Below are positions 44,042 to 52,633 of a stretch of 64,000 nucleotides of DNA, in pieces. Below the pieces are notes generated by a model that was given only the letters and a program-made list of their open reading frames with translations, was not told where the DNA came from and ran no database searches. Position numbers and translations under genes: made by a program. Positions within the stretch are counted from its first letter, which is position 1, and the number at the start of each line of letters is the position of its first letter. The stretch comes from an uncultured beta proteobacterium (GTDB lineage: Bacteria > Pseudomonadota > Gammaproteobacteria > Burkholderiales > Casimicrobiaceae). The stretch lies in the NCBI GenBank assembly GCA_963837845.1, contig CAWIOY010000001.1, forward strand, positions 22,554 through 86,553, read 5' to 3'.

Positions 44042-45061
44042 TTACCGGGCAAGCTCGAAGATGCTGTTGTCGGCCCGGGTCGGAAGCACGCGCGCGAGCC
44101 GCAGGCCCGCGGCCTCGAACAGGGAACCGAACTCCTGCTCGGTGCGCTCCCTGCCGCCATCGGTCAGGGCCAGCATGACCAGATCCATGGTCTTGGCGAG
44201 GTTGGGTTCGTTGCCCGGCGGGATCACCTTCTCGCACACCAGCAGCTTGGCGTGATCGGGCATGGCTGTCCGGCAATTGCCGAGGATGCGCAGGCAGTTC
44301 TCGTCGTCCCAGTCGTGAATGATGTGCTTCATGAAATAGGCGTCGGCGCCGGGCGGGATCGCCTCGAAGAAGCTCCCGGGCTGGGTCCGGCACCGGTCGG
44401 CCACGGCTTCCTCGACCAGGTACTCCCGTGCGCGCTCGATCACGTGAGGCCGATCGAAGAGCACGCCTTGCAGGCGTGGATGGGCGCGGAGAATCGCGGC
44501 GAGGGTGCCTCCCAGGCCGCCGGCGACGTCGACCAGCGTGCCGAACCGGTCCCACTCATATGCCTCGACAAGGGCTTCATTCATCAGGCGCGATGCGTTG
44601 ACCATCGCCTCGTCGAAGCGGCGCGACGACTCCGGATGCGCCGCGAGATAGTCGAATACCGGCGTTCCATGAACGTGTGCGAAGGAGGGCTCGCCGGACC
44701 GAACACTGTGCTCCAGTCCTGACCAGGCCTGCCACAGAGAACTGTCGCCGTGCATGCGCGCCAGTGCGCGGATCGATCCCGCGACATCGCCGCGAAGGGG
44801 TTCCGAGCTTGGCGTGTTGGCATAGCGACCGTCGGGTAGTTGAAAGAACACCCCCAAGCTCGCCAATGCGCGCAGCAGCCGATGCAGCGTGGCCGCATGG
44901 GCGCCAACCTCCCGGGCCAACGCCTCACAGGCCTTCGGCCCGGCCGCCAGTGCATCTGCCAACCCGAGCTCCGCGGCGACCTGTAGAGCGCGTGAAACGA
45001 CGAAGCCCATCATCAGCTGGCGCATGTCCAGGTGAGGGTCCTTGCTGGCGGCGTCATTCAT
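44042..45061 (-). CDS. Class I SAM-dependent O-methyltransferase (family 2, COMT/hydroxyneurosporene-OMT-like)
   Basis: 339 aa with an N-terminal dimerisation/winged-helix part, SAM motif LVDVAGGLGGTL, and MKHIIHDWDDE. Confidence 0.85.
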   Translation of the reverse strand: MNDAASKDPHLDMRQLMMGFVVSRALQVAAELGLADALAAGPKACEALAREVGAHAATLHRLLRALASLGVFFQLPDGRYANTPSSEPLRGDVAGSIRALARMHGDSSLWQAWSGLEHSVRSGEPSFAHVHGTPVFDYLAAHPESSRRFDEAMVNASRLMNEALVEAYEWDRFGTLVDVAGGLGGTLAAILRAHPRLQGVLFDRPHVIERAREYLVEEAVADRCRTQPGSFFEAIPPGADAYFMKHIIHDWDDENCLRILGNCRTAMPDHAKLLVCEKVIPPGNEPNLAKTMDLVMLALTDGGRERTEQEFGSLFEAAGLRLARVLPTRADNSIFELAR

Positions 45062-45319
45062 ATCTCACGGGCCTTAAGCGAAGATGCCGATGATCGATAC
45101 CGCGGCCGCAAGCAGGTGGTGGCGAGCCGCCGGCTGTTGCTATGCATGCCCTTGGCCTATGATAGCGGCCGTCATCAATGTCGATTCATACACGGGCGTT
45201 GTCAGTCGTTGCTCCCGGACTTCGTGGCGCGACCCGTTGACGAGGTCTTTCCCGAAGGATCGGCCCCGCGAATCGCCGCCGGCGCGACAGCCGGCTCCTT
45301 CGCCACCTGAGGAAGGCCT

Positions 45320-45679
45320 TTGTCCGCCCTTGCCAACATCGTCATCGCAGCGATCGCGCTCCTGCACGTCTACATTCTGGTGCTGGAAATGTTCCTCTGG
45401 GACAAGCCCGCCGGGCTGCGGACATTCGGTCAGACCAGGGAAGAGGCAATCGCCAGCAAGGTGCTAGCGGCGAACCAGGGGCTGTACAACGGCTTCCTGG
45501 CGGCGGGGCTGTTCTGGGGCTTGAGCCTCGGCGCAGCGGGCGGGGGCGTGAAAATCTTCTTCCTGTCCTGCGTCTTGATCGCCGGAGTGTATGGGGCGGC
45601 GTCCACGGGCATCCGGAGAATCCTTTTCATCCAGGCCGTTCCGGCGGCGGTCGCGCTGGCACTGTTGCTGCTGTCGTAG
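45320..45679 (+). CDS. DUF1304 family membrane protein
   Basis: 119 aa with four hydrophobic helices (LLHVYILVLEMFLW...ANQGLYNGFLAAGL). Confidence 0.75.
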   Translation: MSALANIVIAAIALLHVYILVLEMFLWDKPAGLRTFGQTREEAIASKVLAANQGLYNGFLAAGLFWGLSLGAAGGGVKIFFLSCVLIAGVYGAASTGIRRILFIQAVPAAVALALLLLS

Positions 45680-45794
45680 GCGCAGGGAGCCCGGCCACGT
45701 GGCCTCGCATCGAGCGGATCGTCCGCGGGCCCTGCGCGGCTTGGCGCGGCAGCGATCCGGAGCGAACGCGTCGCCTGACGGCCGTTGGTCCGCC

Positions 45795-46943
45795 TCAACG
45801 AGCATGCGAGGCGGATTTCCATTTTTCCAGTACCGCTGCCTCTCGCGCCGCTGACAAGCCCGCTTTCAACGTCGCCTGGCGCTCCGCCGGTTGCGCCTTG
45901 AACCAGTCGAGGGTATCCGAGGCCGTGGTCGCGAGGGGACGGAAGGTCAGTCCCGCGGCGAGCGCCCTGGCAATGCTGCGCCTCGCGAACCCTGCGCCTT
46001 CTCCCTGCCTGGGTATCCATACCGGCATGTCGCTCCACGGCTGGACCTGTTGCGCCGCGAGGAAATCGGCGGGCACCCAAGTGAGCTCTGCGTTGGCGTG
46101 AATAGCCGAGGCGATGCCGGTGAGCATGTCGCCCATCGACAGGACATGCGCCGGGCCGGTGGTGTTGAACGTGCCCAAGGTGCGCGACTCGGCCATACGG
46201 ATGGTCCACTCTGCGAGGTCGCGGGCATCGATGAACTGCACCGGATCCGAGCCGTCGCCGGGCGCCACGACTTCGCCACCACGGGACAGGCGCACGGGCC
46301 AGTAGGTAAAGCGGTCCGTGGCGTCTCCGGGACCGACGATCAATCCCGGGCGGATGATGGTGGTCATCCCGGGAAACTGCCGCTCTGCTTCCTGCTCGCT
46401 GACCGCCTTGAGGGGGCCGTAGAGGCCGCCAAGGTCTGCACGCAGCGATTCCACCGTCTCCGCCATCGCATCCTTGCCGGTATAGCTCACCACGCCGGCC
46501 GACTCGTCGGACGGCGCGGCGACCTGGGCATAAACCGAGATCGTGGAGATGAAGATATACTGCTGAACCTTGCCGTGCAGTACACGGCCGGCGTCCCGCA
46601 CCCAGAACGGCAGCGTGGTGGGATTGTCGATGCACAGATCCCAGTGCCGGCCTTCGAGCGCCTTCAGATCTCCGGCGTTGCGATCGCCGAGCAATTGCTC
46701 GACTTCGCCGGGCCAGTCCACCGACTCCCTGCCGCGATTGAACAGGGTCACGCTGTGTCCGCGCGAGAGCGCGTAGCGCACCTGATACGGCCCGGTGAAA
46801 CCGGTGCCGCCCAGAATCAGAATGCGCAGTGGCCGATCTGAACGTTTCGTCATGTCAGCCGCAAGGGCGGATTTGCCCCGCCACGGGAGGTCCGATGCGG
46901 CCAGAATGGACAGGGCAAGCAGACTGCGGCGGGTCAATCGCAT
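45795..46943 (-). CDS. NAD-dependent epimerase/dehydratase (extended SDR) family protein with a Tat signal
   Basis: MRLTRRSLLALSILAA... and Rossmann ILILGGTGFTGPY. 382 aa. Confidence 0.8.
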   Translation of the reverse strand: MRLTRRSLLALSILAASDLPWRGKSALAADMTKRSDRPLRILILGGTGFTGPYQVRYALSRGHSVTLFNRGRESVDWPGEVEQLLGDRNAGDLKALEGRHWDLCIDNPTTLPFWVRDAGRVLHGKVQQYIFISTISVYAQVAAPSDESAGVVSYTGKDAMAETVESLRADLGGLYGPLKAVSEQEAERQFPGMTTIIRPGLIVGPGDATDRFTYWPVRLSRGGEVVAPGDGSDPVQFIDARDLAEWTIRMAESRTLGTFNTTGPAHVLSMGDMLTGIASAIHANAELTWVPADFLAAQQVQPWSDMPVWIPRQGEGAGFARRSIARALAAGLTFRPLATTASDTLDWFKAQPAERQATLKAGLSAAREAAVLEKWKSASHAR

Positions 46944-47057
46944 TGCGGCGCCTCGTTGCTGCCAGTGTGCGCGATTTTACTGCCGGCGGCCAGTCCCGCA
47001 CGGCGCGGCCATGCCGATTTGAGCCACGGCGCCTGGTCGCCGCTTTGCGGCGGTGGA

Positions 47058-47639
47058 TCAGGCACGAGTTCCGTAGCGCAGCTTGAGCGCGTGGAAGATC
47101 GACGGCACGTCCGCCCTCCAATCCTCGAGGACGAGCGATATGGCGAGGCCCTCGATGTCCACGAAAATACCGACATAGATCGGCGCCGCTACCGCCTGGC
47201 CGGTGAAGCCCATGGCGAGGAGGGCGAAGAACGCCATGAACAGCGTCACGCCCCAAACCTTGGAGGACCACATGTGATAACTGGCCTCTCGCCTGAACTT
47301 GGCGAAATCGAGGACGTAGCGGGCAACTTCGAGGGCGGCGAGCAGCAGGAGGGAAGCGAAATGGTCCTCGATCACGCGCGGATAGAGCAGCCAGGCCGCG
47401 ACCGCGGCGGCCACGTAGAAGAGCGAGTCGGCGATGCTGTCGAGCCTTCGCATGCCGGGGGTCGCAACATTCAGGCGGCGGGCAATGACTTCGTCAAAGA
47501 CGTCGGACACGAACGCGATCGTTAGGCACAAGCCGAAAGCGAAGCGGTCTGGAGCATAGACGGCTAACAGCACCACGACGGGTGCGAGCAGGGCGCGCAG
47601 CCCGGTCAAAAATAGCGGAATCCGATGCGCAAGGCTCAT
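47058..47639 (-). CDS. CDP-alcohol phosphatidyltransferase-family membrane protein (divergent motif)
   Basis: 193 aa, multi-pass. The motif region is SDVFDEVIARRLNVATPGMRRLDSIAD, i.e. D-x2-D-E-x2-A-R...G...D-x3-D. Confidence 0.65.
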   Translation of the reverse strand: MSLAHRIPLFLTGLRALLAPVVVLLAVYAPDRFAFGLCLTIAFVSDVFDEVIARRLNVATPGMRRLDSIADSLFYVAAAVAAWLLYPRVIEDHFASLLLLAALEVARYVLDFAKFRREASYHMWSSKVWGVTLFMAFFALLAMGFTGQAVAAPIYVGIFVDIEGLAISLVLEDWRADVPSIFHALKLRYGTRA

Positions 47640-47767
47640 CGGGGGAAGCTCCAGGCGCTCCGAGCGCTTGTTGCAGCCTTAGGCGCAGCTCGCATTCCGC
47701 TTTAGGGTGGCTGCGTTCGGCACGACGCACGACCTTAAGACGCGTTCGGATCGGCTGCCGATCCGGC

Positions 47768-50581
47768 TCAGAGCCGACACCCGGCCGGTGTCGGGCCCGC
47801 ACGAACCATGTCGATCGTGCCGCTCCTGCCCTGGTTGCTCCCGCCCGTGAACGTAAAGCTCAGCGTCATCGCGTTGCAGTTCTGGAAGACAACGCTCGCC
47901 GTGCCGACCTGGGCGGAAGCCGTTGGCGCCGCGTTATCGAAGACGCCACCGGTCGTGGCGATGATGGGAATGCCGGCGAGCGCTGTGTCGCCATCGACGA
48001 AGTGGCCCGATTGCAGGGTAAACCAGTCCTGGCTCGAAGCGCCGCCAATCTGCTGCCCATTCGCCGCGAAGGTGTACCACGCGGCAAACAGGTTGCTGAT
48101 GCCCGGGCTCATGTCGAAGATGAAGCCCTGGCCGCTCGTGTTCGGGTCGTGCCAGTTCCCGGACAGCAGATAGTCCGTCGGCGGAGCACCGTTGTCGCCG
48201 CCGGGTGAGCACGTCTCATTGGGCGTGAGGCGGGTCAATGGAATGTTGCCCGAGCGGCCGCTGCCGTCGGTGAAGTTATAAGTCAGCGCGCCGGTGGTGC
48301 AGTCGCTGAAGTGGACCGTCGCCTCGCCAAGCGCGTTGCCGGCGTTGACTATCGGCGGTGCATCCAGGTTGCCGCCTTCCTCGGAAAATATCTGCAGCAC
48401 TGCGTTCGGCTCGGTGTTGCCGACGCTGCCAGAGAGCGCGTACCAGCGCCGCCCGCCGGCGGCGGCCACATCGTAGGTAAACCAGCCCGCGAACAGCAGT
48501 CCTTGCCCCGGCCCGTTCAGATCGGGATAGACCTCGATCTCGAATCCTTGACCGTTGGTCGCCGGGTCGTACCAGGAGCCGGTAAGCCCGTGTTGATCAA
48601 GGTTGACACCCGACGCGCTCGAACTCCATTGCGCCAGCAAGTGCGCGACATCGATTGAGCCAAGCCCGGTCGCTTCGTCGTAGCCGGGCCCGACCAGATA
48701 ACCCTCCAGTCCACCGCTTAAGGCGCTGGACCCCGGCGTAGTGTTGTTGCACATGCTGGGGATCGCCACGCTGCATCCCGAGACACCGCTGCTTCCCACC
48801 GTGACATCATGAAACACGCCGTTGCCGGGCGTGGCCGCCAAGGCGTAAAGGCGCGGATTCAAGCTGCCCTGGGCGCCGCCCATCTTCTGGGTCAGCAATG
48901 CGGTGATTCCCGCCATATCCGGCGTCGAGGCAGAGGTGCCGAAGATGAATTCGAATTGGAAATGGCCCGTTGCGTCCGCGACGCAGGAATTGCCCGCCGC
49001 CGCGAGGCAGGCGAAGTAGGCGTCATGGCTCGACGCGCTCAACGAAATGTCCGGGGTGTAGCGCCCGTGGGTACCGGGGACGCCGGGGCGGGTTTGCCAG
49101 TACGGCGTGGCGACATACGCGCTCACGCCCCCTCCGGTTGCGGCGGCCAGCGGATTGCCCCGGTTGTCCAGGGGATCGTTCCACGCGCCCTCGGGAATGT
49201 AGCCCAGCACCGACTCGAATACGTCACTGTTCGCGGCGCTCCAATACGCAGCGGGATTGGCCGCGTCGGCGAATTCCGTGCCGCCGACGCAGGTCGCATA
49301 ACTCGACGCGCAGATGTAATTCGGGCTCGCAGTCTGGGTTGCCGGGGGCGTGGCAAGGTACGGGTCGCAGCCGGCGGCGCCGGAGTCGCCCGAAAGGACG
49401 AACACCGAGATCCCCTCGGCTGCCGCCTGGCTGAAAACACTGTCGTAGAAGTCCACGCCGGCCAGTCCGCCCTCCGCCTCGCACGCGCCAAAGCTGACGC
49501 TCATGATCTGCGCCGGGACCGGATCGGTATCGACCACGTATTGGGCGGCGATGGCCAGTCCGTTGTGGAGCGCAGTATTCGCGCTGACGACCAGATCGAT
49601 GGTCGCGCCGGGAGCGACACCCGTCGCGCGCGTGACGTCGATGGTCGCCTCGAGCTGGTCCTCCGACGGATTGCCACCCGACGAGAGTGCGGGGCCGGGA
49701 TCGATACCGTCAGGCGGAACGATAATGATCGGATCCTTGACCGGCAGACCCGAACGGGCCTGGAAGTTTTCGATATCGGGCAGGTAGACGCGGGCGCGGC
49801 CGATGATCGCGATGGTCTGTCCGCGGCCGTCGACGCCTTGCTGGTAGACGGGATTGAGATCGTAGATCGCGGCAAAATCGGCGGGCCACAGGTAGTGGCA
49901 GGGCGCATCGGGAGAGCAGAATGTCCCGCCGGGGTTTTCGTCCGGCGCCGGCTCTCCGATCACTTGCGCTGTTCCTGCGCCGTGAGACGCTGTCTCGTGG
50001 ACCGTGACGAGGCCGCGCACCGAGTCCACCAGGGGCGAGAGCGCGGCCGGAATCTGCGTTACGCCGACGGGTGCGATGCGCTGTTCCCCGTTCACGAGGT
50101 AGGCGTGAAGGCGCGACCCGAACGCCGCCGCTACACGCGCCGCCGACCCGCTGAAGTCGATGCGCGTGCGGCTGTTGGCGACTGCGTCGACGTGCAGACC
50201 CTGTGCCTGCAACCACCCGGTCATTGCGGAGATATCGTGTGCTGACGCCCCGAACCGGTCGCCCACCTCAGCCGGCGCAAGCCAATGATGAAAGTTCGGC
50301 GAGCCTGGATCCTGCTGTTGCTTGAGCAATTGCTCGAACGCAAGCTGCTGCTGCGCCGGGCGCTTGAGCACGACGGTCAAATGCGAGAGCGGCAGATCGT
50401 CCGGGACTTCGCCCAGGTCGTTCGCGGCAGATGCCCAGGCTGCGCGTGCTTGGGGCAGCGTCGTGCGCTGCGCGAGGTCTACGGAGTCGACGACGAGGTC
50501 GGCCCCGCTGGCGCGCGTCGCCGGGAATATGGCCAGCGCTGCGGCAAGCCAACCGAAGAGACATTGACGCCTGGGGGACAT
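47768..50581 (-). CDS. Secreted S53 (sedolisin/kumamolisin-like) serine peptidase with two tandem ~135-aa C-terminal domains
   Basis: Internal ATG (MSPRRQCLFGWLAAALAIFPATRASG) of ORF 47768..50779. Pro-kumamolisin activation region (LTVVLKRPAQQQLAFEQLL...WLAPAEVGDRFG). Catalytic motifs EATIDV and FGTSASTPDMAG. C-terminal repeats start LTGSWYDPATNGQGF and LSGNWHDPNTSGQGF. Confidence 0.85.
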   Translation of the reverse strand: MSPRRQCLFGWLAAALAIFPATRASGADLVVDSVDLAQRTTLPQARAAWASAANDLGEVPDDLPLSHLTVVLKRPAQQQLAFEQLLKQQQDPGSPNFHHWLAPAEVGDRFGASAHDISAMTGWLQAQGLHVDAVANSRTRIDFSGSAARVAAAFGSRLHAYLVNGEQRIAPVGVTQIPAALSPLVDSVRGLVTVHETASHGAGTAQVIGEPAPDENPGGTFCSPDAPCHYLWPADFAAIYDLNPVYQQGVDGRGQTIAIIGRARVYLPDIENFQARSGLPVKDPIIIVPPDGIDPGPALSSGGNPSEDQLEATIDVTRATGVAPGATIDLVVSANTALHNGLAIAAQYVVDTDPVPAQIMSVSFGACEAEGGLAGVDFYDSVFSQAAAEGISVFVLSGDSGAAGCDPYLATPPATQTASPNYICASSYATCVGGTEFADAANPAAYWSAANSDVFESVLGYIPEGAWNDPLDNRGNPLAAATGGGVSAYVATPYWQTRPGVPGTHGRYTPDISLSASSHDAYFACLAAAGNSCVADATGHFQFEFIFGTSASTPDMAGITALLTQKMGGAQGSLNPRLYALAATPGNGVFHDVTVGSSGVSGCSVAIPSMCNNTTPGSSALSGGLEGYLVGPGYDEATGLGSIDVAHLLAQWSSSASGVNLDQHGLTGSWYDPATNGQGFEIEVYPDLNGPGQGLLFAGWFTYDVAAAGGRRWYALSGSVGNTEPNAVLQIFSEEGGNLDAPPIVNAGNALGEATVHFSDCTTGALTYNFTDGSGRSGNIPLTRLTPNETCSPGGDNGAPPTDYLLSGNWHDPNTSGQGFIFDMSPGISNLFAAWYTFAANGQQIGGASSQDWFTLQSGHFVDGDTALAGIPIIATTGGVFDNAAPTASAQVGTASVVFQNCNAMTLSFTFTGGSNQGRSGTIDMVRAGPTPAGCRL

Positions 50582-51125
50582 CCTCACGCAATATAGACCA
50601 TCTTGCGCCTGGGGCCACAATCGAACTGGCCGGGGGAGGGCGGCCGTTCTCGGCGCCCGCGCCAGCGCTTCTTTCCCTATCGTTTGCACGCGCTCCGGCG
50701 GCGTGGCAGTTCTACGTCCGCACGGTGAGGCTCTTGTGGCGAGGCAGGCGCGCGTCGACACGCCTGATCGGCTGATCACAGGTCACAAACAATCGGGCCC
50801 ACTACTGGCACGCGGTCCCCGGGGCAGCAAAGACCTGCTGCGTGATCGACTTGACCTGTGACACTGGGCCATTTGCCGCATTTACTGTATAGGCAAGTCT
50901 CGTTGGCGGTCATCGATAACCACTAGAGCTTGCCGGTCAGGTCATAGGTGAACCACGTCACTTCCCGCGGGCGGTGTGGCCGCCAAACGCTTATCGCGTT
51001 TCCACTCGGCAGCCAAGCACACGACCGGCTCGGTCCCGACCCACGCCCGACATTTCGATTCTCCGAATGCGGTAGAAGCACCGCGTGCTTTGCCAGTCGG
51101 CCGGGCCCGCCGCGCGTAAGATACC

Positions 51126-51536
51126 GTGATGACCGACGAGTCGAACGTTTTGATCGTGCAGATAAACGGTCCGAACTTGGTAACAGGTGAGCTCGCCGTC
51201 GTTACACCGACACGCGTCCGCGCTATGCAGTCGGCAATGCTGTGTCGGTGCGGTCATTCGCGGGATAAGCCTTTCTGTGATGGCGCACATGTAAAGTCCG
51301 GGTTTGGCGATCCGGCACAGCTGCCCGCGAGACTCGAATCCGTGACTATCGGAACGGGCCCATTGACGATCCGACCGACACCAAACGGGCCGAACAGGTG
51401 CGAGGGACCGCTAATGATTCGTGGCTCCGATGGACGCAGCGCGAGCTCGGGCTTGACGTTCCTTTGTCGGTGCGGCGAGTCCCGGACGAAGCCGTATTGC
51501 GACGGGACGCACAAGAAGATTGGGTTCCAAGGGTAG
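51126..51536 (+). CDS. CDGSH iron-sulfur domain protein (two CDGSH motifs)
   Basis: CRCGHSRDKPFCDGAH and CRCGESRTKPYCDGTH in a 136-aa ORF. Confidence 0.85.
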   Translation: MMTDESNVLIVQINGPNLVTGELAVVTPTRVRAMQSAMLCRCGHSRDKPFCDGAHVKSGFGDPAQLPARLESVTIGTGPLTIRPTPNGPNRCEGPLMIRGSDGRSASSGLTFLCRCGESRTKPYCDGTHKKIGFQG

Positions 51537-51620
51537 GCGCTGCGCCTCCGGGGTCGCAGCTCCGATTGCGGACGGCGCCGGCCGTTGCACATCGTGGTGT
51601 GGCGTAAGCGCCTAATCTTG

Positions 51621-51708
51621 TGCCCGGGGCCGGACTTGAACCGGCATGGCGGGATTGGCCGCCGAGGGATTTTAAGTCCCTTGTGTATACCAGTTTCACC
51701 ACCCGGGC
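51621..51708 (-). tRNA. tRNA-Leu (anticodon UAA), type II with a long variable arm
   Basis: Reverse complement: GCCCGGG-TG-GTGAAACTGGTATACAC-AAGGGA-CTTAAAA-TCCCT-CGGCGGCCAATCCCGCCAT-GCCGG-TTCAAGT-CCGGC-CCCGGGC-A. The acceptor, anticodon and T stems all pair, and CCA is not encoded. It is very close to enterobacterial tRNA-Leu(UAA). Confidence 0.9.
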
Positions 51709-51886
51709 TGGCGGCTATTCTATACGCGTCGGGCGAGCTTAACGCCACGGGCGCCATGCGATGCCGCGGCGCCGAACGCTGTCAGCGGCCGTGGCGGCGC
51801 GCGACGGCGCCGGTCCGGACGGAGCCGAAGCCCGGTATGATTTGTCCTCTGCCCGGATGCACGTCGCCCGAAAAGACCCTTCAGCC

Positions 51887-52633
51887 ATGAAGAAAATCGT
51901 TCTGTTGCGCCACGGCCAATCGATCTGGAACCAGGAAAACCGCTTCACCGGGTGGACCGACGTCGGCTTGAGCAAGAAGGGCGTGGCCGAAGCGCGCAGC
52001 GCCGCCAAGCTGCTGCGGCGGGAAGGGCTGGATTTCGACGTCGCGTTCACTTCCGTCCTCAATCGCGCGATCAAGACCTTGTGGATCGTCCTGGAGGAAA
52101 TGGACCGCATGTGGATCCCGGTGTACAAATCCTGGCGCCTTAACGAGCGCCACTATGGCGCGCTGCAGGGTCTCAACAAGGCCGAGATTGCAGCACAGTT
52201 CGGCGACGCCCAGGTCAAGATCTGGCGGCGCGCCTACGACACGCCTCCACCCGCACTCGAGGCCGGTGATCCGAGGCTCGAGCAAGACGACCCGCGCTAT
52301 GCCGACCTCGAGCCGGCCGCCTTTCCCCGTACCGAGTGCCTGAGAGATACGGTGGCCCGGTTTCTGCCCTATTGGCACGCGACGATCGCACCGGCAATCC
52401 GCTCGGGCAAGCGGGTGCTCATTGCCGCACACGGCAACAGTTTGCGCGCACTGGTCAAGTATCTCGACGAGGTGAGCGACGAGGCGATCGTCGAGCTCAA
52501 CATTCCCACCGGACAGCCGCTGGTCTATGAGCTCGACAGCGAGCTCAAGCCGATCCGGCACTACTACCTCGGCGACGGGCGAGCGATCAATGCCGCCATG
52601 CAGGCGGTCGCGAACCAGGGCAAGGCACAATGA
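51887..52633 (+). CDS. gpmA: 2,3-bisphosphoglycerate-dependent phosphoglycerate mutase
   Basis: Internal ATG of ORF 51761..52633: [26 protein letters not shown]...[12 protein letters not shown]...[10 protein letters not shown]. Confidence 0.93.
   Translation: MKKIVLLRHGQSIWNQENRFTGWTDVGLSKKGVAEARSAAKLLRREGLDFDVAFTSVLNRAIKTLWIVLEEMDRMWIPVYKSWRLNERHYGALQGLNKAEIAAQFGDAQVKIWRRAYDTPPPALEAGDPRLEQDDPRYADLEPAAFPRTECLRDTVARFLPYWHATIAPAIRSGKRVLIAAHGNSLRALVKYLDEVSDEAIVELNIPTGQPLVYELDSELKPIRHYYLGDGRAINAAMQAVANQGKAQ

Noticed and set aside
50885-50900. TACTGTATA-like sequence resembling half of a LexA SOS box
   Set aside because: The second half-site (ACAG at the correct 8-nt spacing) is missing.
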